Shown one piece after another: positions 55,983 to 64,000 of a stretch of DNA of 64,000 bases. The notes under the pieces are model-generated. The model made no database searches, was not told the origin of the DNA, and was given only the letters and a program-made list of their open reading frames with translations. The position numbers and the translations under genes were made by a program. The stretch comes from Paraspadella gotoi (Eukaryota; Animalia; Chaetognatha), in contig CM119264.1 in the NCBI GenBank assembly GCA_051294375.1, positions 6,903,814 to 6,967,813 of the forward strand, read 5' to 3'. Numbering within the stretch: position 1 is the stretch's first letter; every line of letters begins with the position of its first letter.

Positions 55983-57053
55983 AAAGAGAGGAGAGAGAGA
56001 GAGAGGCTGAAATCCGGCATAAAGTGTAATTGAAGAGATGGTTGGAAGATTTCTAATCGCTGTGATATAATTGGTAATTTGTTAAAAATTCTCCCTGTTT
56101 TTATTTCAACGAGTCTAAAAGTTATCTTTAACATTATTTCTACGTTTTTGTCGTTGTTGTTATATCGATAGAGATGAAGAAGACAGGACGAAGGGCGAAG
56201 ATATTGAGAGGATTATGAAAGAGGATCAGAAAGGAGGAGGAATGCAGTTGCGAGGAAGAGAGAACGGGTTTTAGTTTTATTGGGAAAGAGGGAGAGTCGA
56301 AAAGGAGGAAGGAGGAAAGAGAGAAAAAAGATGAGGAAGAGAGGAAAGTCGAAGAAGGGAGAGCGAGGAGAAAAGAGAGACTGAAGATATCAGAAATGAG
56401 AGGATATATATAAAAAAGAATTAAAGCCGAAAACCGAGTTCGCAGTTTTGAGAACGACGTATTCGGGATGACCTAACTTTGTCCTTTTTTTGCTCTGCGA
56501 TTAACAAAAGCTAAAAGGTTTGGCGATTAAGTGGGGAATGTTTTGTAGGTCACTTCTCAAAAAATATTACTATTAACTTAGTAAGGCGTATTTCTATGTT
56601 TTTGAAGGATATAATTGTCACTAATAGTCATCTAGAAAGATATCAGATTTGGCCAATAACAAATAGCAAAAGTCGTTTTACGTTAGCACAGCATTTAGGT
56701 ATGATCTAAATATTCATTGGGAGACGAGTTTAGTTAAAAAAGTTATTTCATATTTTGGATTAACGAGTATTAACTAAGGACCTTGCTTTGTTACTTTGTT
56801 TGTTTCTGTTGGGTTATTTTAACAATCTTTATACTTCTCGTTTGTCATTAATTATTCTTTTGAAAACTCCTGGCAGCACGTTTTTTTTTTCTTTTCAGCA
56901 AGTGAATTTTATGAAAGTGAAAAATCCGTCGAGTGAGAATCTTCTTTTCCCTCGGCCTTTTGGTTATATTATCGCCTTCGCGCTCTCTCTATCTGTCTTG
57001 TCTCATAAAGTAGACTAATGAACGCTTAATGAAAATGAAGAAGGAGAGAGAGA

Positions 57054-57140
<87 letters not shown>

Positions 57141-57982
57141 AGATTGTTTTAACCTCAAGGAGAAGATGTCCGAAAATCTCGGGTGATAAAACAGAAACAA
57201 TAAACGCAAGACGCCCAAAATCAGAAAGAAACAAAAGAAAAAAAAGGAAAAAGTAACAGTATGAAAGCGTAGAAAGTTCATACTTAATCAAAACTATTAC
57301 TTTTCACCGAATGGAGGATATCATGGTAAAACAGTATGTATTGAAATCTCCTTATCTGGCCGGATATAATTTTTTTGTTGTTACCACACCGCCCGATGTA
57401 ATCCGAGCCATATCTTCAAGCATACGGAGAAACAACTTTAGGAGGTGGGCAAAACAAGAAATATTTATATCGCATTTCGAACTCGTCGCTTCCTGGCGTA
57501 ATCATTTTTTTCCAAAGCTAAAAAAGACAACGTCGTCTTCCAATTTTGACCCAGAATCGTTTCTCTTCTGCAAGAAAGGAGAAAAGAGGAAAGGAAAAAG
57601 TCGAGGAAATTTACTATGTAGAATGTCGGAGATAAAAAAGAAGNNNNNNNNNNNNNNNNNNNNNNNNNTATTGTCAACGGAATTCTTGCGAAGATGAAAA
57701 ATATTAGTTTTCTATAAGCAACAAACGTAATCGTTTTTATGTACAAAAATAAACGAAATCATATTCAGCAATCCAGTTTCATGCTTTGTCTGATATCTTG
57801 TTTTGTTTTTGTCCGCTCAAATTTCTGAGTGGGAACGCTCCATTCAAGTTCTCAATATCGGCCACTCGACGAACTTCGGCTCGAAACGTTCTTTGTTATC
57901 TCCGCCTTTTCCAACGATGAAAGGCCCAAATGGTTGAGCGGGTTATTAAACCGACGCGATAAAGTCATGACATTAACTCTCT

Positions 57983-58039
<57 letters not shown>

Positions 58040-58209
58040 CTTAACTCGCTTGTCTCCCGCTCTTCTTCCTTTCTTTCTTTACCTGCATAGAAATGTTTGA
58101 CCTTGGATGTTCTCTTTCCTTTCGTTCCATCTCATAACGTCCTCGGAGCAATACCGTCTCGTCTTGTCTCTCTCTTCTTGCCGATCTCTCTCTCCTCCCC
58201 TCCCCCTCC

Positions 58210-58251
<42 letters not shown>

Positions 58252-58838
58252 CTCTCTCCTCTCTCTCCTTCAGAGAGAGAGAGAGAGAGAGAGAGAGTTA
58301 TGTCATGACTTCGCGTCGGTTTAATAACCGCCAACCATTTGGGCCTTTCATCGGTTGGAAAGGCGAGATTAAACAAAGACGTTCGAGCCGAAGTCGTCGA
58401 GTGGCCGATATTGAGAAATTGGATGGAGCGTTCCACTCAGAAAATTTGACGGACAAAACCAAACAAGATATCAGACAAACATGAAACTGATTGCTGAATA
58501 TGATTCGTTTTATTTTTGTCATAAAAACGATTACGTTGTTGCTTATAGAAACTAATATTTTTCATCTTCGCGAAGAATTCCGTTGACATACTAGTTATTG
58601 GAAACGAACATTCAGATCTTTTCCCGTTACAAATCTACAAACTATAATTTTAAATGATTCAAATAATAGGCTTTTAATGTCATATGTTACTTGACATTAA
58701 TCAATTAATGACACGAAAACAGTCGGGAAACACCTTTTTTTCACCAAATAAAAAAAATGGGTAGCAAAAATTATTTTGTTGCTCGATTGTTAAATAAATC
58801 TCCGATCACCTTACCCTCCCACTTGTCCTTACCCGCAG

Positions 58839-58974
58839 GCGTCTTCGAAGACTTTCTCTCCTTGGGAGACGCCCCCTTCGACGCCAGCGTCGACCAACGC
58901 AAATACGGATTTTGGCGAGAGGGCGACGCCATCGTTTTAGAGATACGAAACATCGATTACACCGACGCCGCTAC
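58839..58974 (+). CDS. IgSF gene exon (Ig domain C'-E strands)
   Basis: cttacccgcag|...|gtgagt, phase 1 to 2. GVFEDFLSLGDAPFDASVDQRKYGFWREGDAIVLEIRNIDYTDAAT (L.I.N....DAA motif). Confidence 0.85.
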
Positions 58975-59462
58975 GTGAGTGACGAGGGAAATTTATTCTT
59001 ACGAGACGAGACGATGACTTGATTCCGACGAGAGAGAGATGAGAGAGAGAGAGAGAGGAGAAGAGAGAGAAGAGGATGGAACCGCGATCGAGAGAGAGAA
59101 AGAGAGAGAGATACCGGTGATGAGNNNNNNNNNNNNNNNNNNNNNNNNNNNNNNNNNNNNNNNNNNNNNNNNNNNNNNNNNNNNNNNNNNNNNNNNNNNN
59201 NNNNNNNNNNNNNNNNNNNNNNNNNNNNNNNNNNNNNNNCCTCCTCTGCCATTTTTCTTCCTCCATTTTCTCTTTTTCCACTATTTTCTTTTCTTCCTCC
59301 TCTCTTCCTCTTCTTTCCTCCTCGTTTTCCCTTTCAATTTCCTCTCTTCCTTTTTTCTCTTACTTTTCCTTTCCCCCCCCGCCCTCTTCCCCATACTTTT
59401 CTCCCGTTCCTCCCCTCTCTTCTCCCTTCCTTTCCTCCCTTCCTCCCTTTTCTCCTTCGCAG

Positions 59463-59574
59463 CTACAAGTGCGGGAATGAAATATCAGTGGAGCTCTCAG
59501 TCGTGGGACATCCATCGTGCACGCCCAAGTCGCACACTCTCACCGAAGGAGAAGAGACTGAGTTTTTGTGTCAG
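59463..59574 (+). CDS. IgSF gene exon (F/G strands and start of the next Ig domain); not read in this frame by the ORF track
   Basis: ttctccttcgcag|...|gtgaga, phase 2 to 0. Splices in frame to give DAATYKCGNEISVELSVVGHPSCTPKSHTLTEGEETEFLCQ (D-x-A-x-Y-x-C motif). Confidence 0.88.
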
Positions 59575-59734
59575 GTGAGAGGATTTTATGTCTCGTCTCC
59601 TCAAATATCGATATTGGGTTGTGGAAAACTCTTGATTGGCCAAGCGGGAAAATCTGAATGATCAGTCGCGTCAGTGCTTTTGATCCTTAACTTTTCATTC
59701 TGAAAAAAAAATCTCATTAGTTTTATATTCAAAT

Positions 59735-60191
59735 TTTTGCTCCCATTGGTCTAATTGGACCAATAGAAGTTAATGATTGAATTCTCAATAAACTCTATTG
59801 GTTGTAAATTACAACTTTCGTGCGTGAGTGCAACCGGATGTACTCCAGCCCCAAAGATTTAATTATTTTTTCATTTTGTATGTAATAAAATTGGCAGAGT
59901 TTCTCTCCGATTTTGTTGTTGATGAAATGTCATTACTATAGTTGTTGTTGTTGTACTACAACTACAACTGGTAGCGTTGATGGAATCTTATCTTAATCAA
60001 TAGAGGTAAGAGTGAATTCCTTCTGATCACATTTGTTGTTTACATTTGACTTTCTGGCTTTATTGTTGTTGTTGACGTCGTCGCTCGAATTATATTTTCT
60101 TTTGACTTTTCTTATTTTTCGTTCGATTTAAATATTTCTATCGGTTATCGTCATCTTTGTCGTCGTCGTCGTTTTGCAGAAAAGTGAAATT

Positions 60192-60230
<39 letters not shown>

Positions 60231-61775
60231 GAGGAAAGGTGGCAGAATAGAAGAGAGATAGAGAGAAAGGAAGAACGAGGTCATTCATATCTTTGTATTA
60301 ATGCTCCGGCGGCATGAACTGGGCTATGATGAATGAGATCTTGAAGGGACGATTCGCACGAGAGATAGAGATGAGAAGATTAAGAGTAATCCGAGAACGA
60401 TGTAGAGAAGGTTTTGCGATTTTCTCACAATTTCAAAATAAAAAGTTTAGATAATATTCTTTCTTCCAAAGCCGAAAGACTTCACTAGATAGTAGATGAC
60501 AAAATCCGAAGAGAAGAGAGAAAAGAGAGAGAGAGAGAGACGAGAGAGAGAGAGAGGAGAGGAGAGAGAGAAGAGGAGAGAGAAGAAGACACCTCAAGAC
60601 TAAGACAGGGGAAAACGAAAGGCATAAAAACAATAGGCATCGACTAATGAGCACAAAAGCAGAGATTAGACAACAAAATTTCTCTTTCAGAAGGACGACG
60701 CCAGACCTCCAGATATGTTTTTTTCTTCCGTTAAAAACTTTGTTTTTTATTGTTTATGTTGTTGTTGTGTGAGATTTCTTATGGTGTGTTTTACTGTCTT
60801 TTCGTCGTTCTTTTTCGTTCAGTGTCGGTTCGTTATTGGCACTTCTTCGAATTTTCGCGAAAGGCAACAAACCGGAATATTACGTTGACAATGAAGGAAG
60901 AGAAAAAACTTAAAAGAGAAAGAAGGAGAGAGAAGAAAAGATGTGATGAATGGAGGCGGAAGTTGAGTGAAAGTCTTTTCCCACTTTTTCTGCACTTATG
61001 ACACCGATCACGCACCCTAGGCTCGCCCCACGTACAAAGGCTTCCCCCGACTGCCCCGGCGGGCGAAACTAAGGCGGGATATAGAATGGATCCTCTGCGA
61101 ACGACTGACGAACCAAATAAGAAGGAAGTCAAAAGAAAATTCGGTAAAATCTTGACGAGCGACAGTACCGGCGAAACAACGGTCGCAGAAAACTTATGAG
61201 GACAAACAATACACCCCCGCCAGAAAAGAACTCCACTCTCTCCGAACAATTCTCAAAAGTAGTACCTCCATCAGACAGAGAAATAGTGCACTGCGTTGAG
61301 CGCGATATACGGTATGATTCCGAATTAGAATGGACAAAGAACATATGCAACAAAAGTGCAACAAGGACGAACAGTCTAACCACCAGCGCAAGCTGTAGTA
61401 AGTCTCTTGTATGATAAACGGAGAGAGAGGAGATACAAACAGACGGAGGGACCCGGAAAGAACAAGAACAAGAGGAAGACTAGACGGAGGAATGAAGTAC
61501 ACGTACAATTTCACTCTCAGACAAAGACCCAAGGAAAGAGATACACGAGAGAGAAACTCTTGCCAATTTTATTACATACAAAATTGAAATAAATTAATTA
61601 AATCTTTGGGGCTGCGAGTACATCCGGTTGCACTCACGCACGAAAGTTGTAAAATTTAAACTCAAGAGAGCGAATTAAATTGCAGTGAAAACTCCTCCAA
61701 ATATGGCCTATCAAATGGTTAAAGCCTCACTACAATAATATCGGGCGCTCGCAATTAGACAATGGGACAAAGTGT
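59735..61775. repeat. Imperfect fold-back (59735-~60200 versus ~60950-61775)
   Basis: ACAACTTTCGTGCGTGAGTGCAACCGGATGTACTC at ~59811 is the reverse complement of ~61616-61650. The match continues inward with heavy insertion noise, and the right arm ends at a 25-N gap. Confidence 0.85.
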
Positions 61776-61989
61776 NNNNNNNNNNNNNNNNNNNNNNNNN
61801 CTTTCTCTCCCATTCTCGCTCCCTCTCCTTTTTCCCTACGCAGCCAACCCAACGGCGCCATGATTAAAACATGAAAGCCAGAAAAATTTTGATTTGACTT
61901 TGGAAAAACTGTGGTTCGGAAGCAACAAGAGGATGTGAGGAAACCGGTTAGAAAAAGAAAGGAGGAATGTGTGAAGAGAAGGAAGCATT

Positions 61990-62158
<169 letters not shown>

Positions 62159-64000
62159 AGCGGATATATCAGCGTTGAAAAATGGTGAGATCGGAGGTGA
62201 AGACGAGGAAACGAGTTCCAAAAATATTTTGACGTTTGTTTACAAAGTTTTTGCGCGGAACAATTGAGGCCCCATTGTCGCTCGTTCTGGATTTGGAATC
62301 AGTTTTTATTCTTTATGCCAATCTGTTTCTCTCTCTTGTTTTTTTTTCAAGCTGATACTTGTTGTGTATGCCACTCGTCTTTCTGCTTCTGTCAATAATG
62401 TTTTTTTTTCGTCTTTATACTTTTTNNNNNNNNNNNNNNNNNNNNNNNNNCGATCATCACAAAAAATAATGGATTCGCAGATATTGATAAGAGTCTAAAT
62501 AGCTCTGGAAAAAGAAAAAGAATACCTAAAAAAACCCGAGTTGAAACGGTTGAAGATCTTGAAGAGCATGCCACTGTGGCTAGGAATTCGCATTAAATCT
62601 TTAATTCGAAATCTATTTCGAAAATCCAACGGGCTAACCAATCAGGAATCAGCTTGTATACACTGCACCTTTCGGAGATTCATTTGTACTTAAGTAAAGT
62701 ATATAAAAAAAAAAGAGAAAGAGCCCTTCTAAAGGATTGTCTTTGTTATTAAGGGTTGTCGATCGCTTCTTTAGAATGGAAAATCCACTTTTCTCTGGGA
62801 TGATTGTCGTTTTAAAAAAGGCAAAAGCTAACGGGGAGTGGAAAAGTAGAGAAGAAGCTGGATTTACCTCGCAATTATTTTTTTTCTAAAGATTTAGGTT
62901 ATTCGTAACAGAGGCACCTTTAAGAACCACCAAAAGGTCCTGTCCAAAATAGTCTTTAGGGAAAGAATAGACTTTAAATTTTACTTAAAATAATTGTGAA
63001 TAATTTTTAATATTGGTTTTGTAACCAATTTTCATTTATATATGTTAGTTATGTATGAACACAATAGGTGTCCCTCCTACCTTTATTTTTTTTTAGTTGT
63101 TCAGCCCAATAAGGAAAAAAACCCTAAGTGAGACTAAAAAAAAAAAATAAAAAAAAAAAAAAAAAACACTGTCTGTGCTACACAGTTTGGTCAACGAATG
63201 TGGAATAGGGAGGAAAAGGGCATCAAGGGCCGGCACGAAACTCTTCGACTATTGGTATGGAATAAGGAATGTAGGCTACAGTGGCACGATCGACGTTCAA
63301 GTGTTAAAACAAAAAATAGCGAAAGTGTCGAACACACGGTTTATTAAACAAATAGCTAAGAAAGAAAGAGCGAGAAAGAAAGAGAGAGAGGAGAGATGAA
63401 AGAGAGAGAGAAAGAGAGAGAGAGATGAGAGTGTCTTACGACTGCGATCTGTTATCTAAAAATCGCTCAATTTCCGGAACGAACTGAGGACTCCGGGCGA
63501 GGGAGTACCGTCACAGTGTGATTGTTTGACAAGCGGGAGGAAAGTGGACTTAGGAGGCTGGGCCGCACTGAGAGTGGGCGAGGATAAAGAGGGAGAGGGT
63601 GGCGAAGGGCGAGGGATAGAGGGGCGATGGAAGGGTATAAAGAGGAGAAGAGGGAGAGGGCGAGGGACGTGAGGGGAGGGATCATTCAAAAGTCAAAGTC
63701 AGAATCGGAGACCAATCCTATGGAAAAAGATTTTCTTTTTTTCTCGCTTAGAGTACGTACATGTAATGTTGGACAATGAGACAACTTTTGGCTCGAGATA
63801 GTCAATTTGGGACGTCTTTTGAATTTCCAGACGAAGTGTTGAAAAGGAAAGTAAGGATCGCATTAGTTCTAGAGGTTATTCGATCACGCTCACGATCACC
63901 AGTAACCCCATTGTACTTAAAATAATAAAAGAATAATAAATAAGAAAGGATTTCACATAAAGATAAATAAAAAAATGTCTTCTTTCTTCTTCCTATTTTA

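Noticed and set aside
59735-61775. DNA transposon or MITE with long terminal inverted repeats
   Set aside because: Similarity continues inward as an insertion-riddled reverse copy, there is no transposase, and it ends at a 25-N gap. This fits a fold-back long-read chimera better.

Overview
Eukaryotic (metazoan, probably invertebrate) draft-genome window. It is AT-rich, dense in (AG/CT)n and (GAC/GTC)n microsatellites, and has many N gaps and indel-rich long-read-like segments. Contents: (1) a frameshifted Penelope/Poseidon-type retroelement (RT + C-terminal GIY-YIG) with a 3' hammerhead-like motif at 1-2640; (2) a degraded two-exon BTB/POZ fragment abutted by a tRNA-derived SINE; (3) a ~6.3 kb array of a 54-bp unit (~25030-31345) whose minus strand encodes ENDEDDIDEDDKLDNDDD, with acidic or charged flanks in compatible frames, a candidate giant hyperacidic protein exon; (4) a spliced plus-strand immunoglobulin-superfamily gene (exons at 35879, 37601, ~38121, 58839, 59463); (5) a mosaic of direct and inverted copies of the same ~6 kb at 37-64 kb, including a 4.1 kb TA-bounded segment seen in both orientations. 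Much of the duplication sits next to exactly-25-N gaps and is probably gap-filling artefact. No prokaryotic systems, CRISPR arrays, rRNA or intact tRNA genes were seen. All calls come from manual reading; no searches were run.
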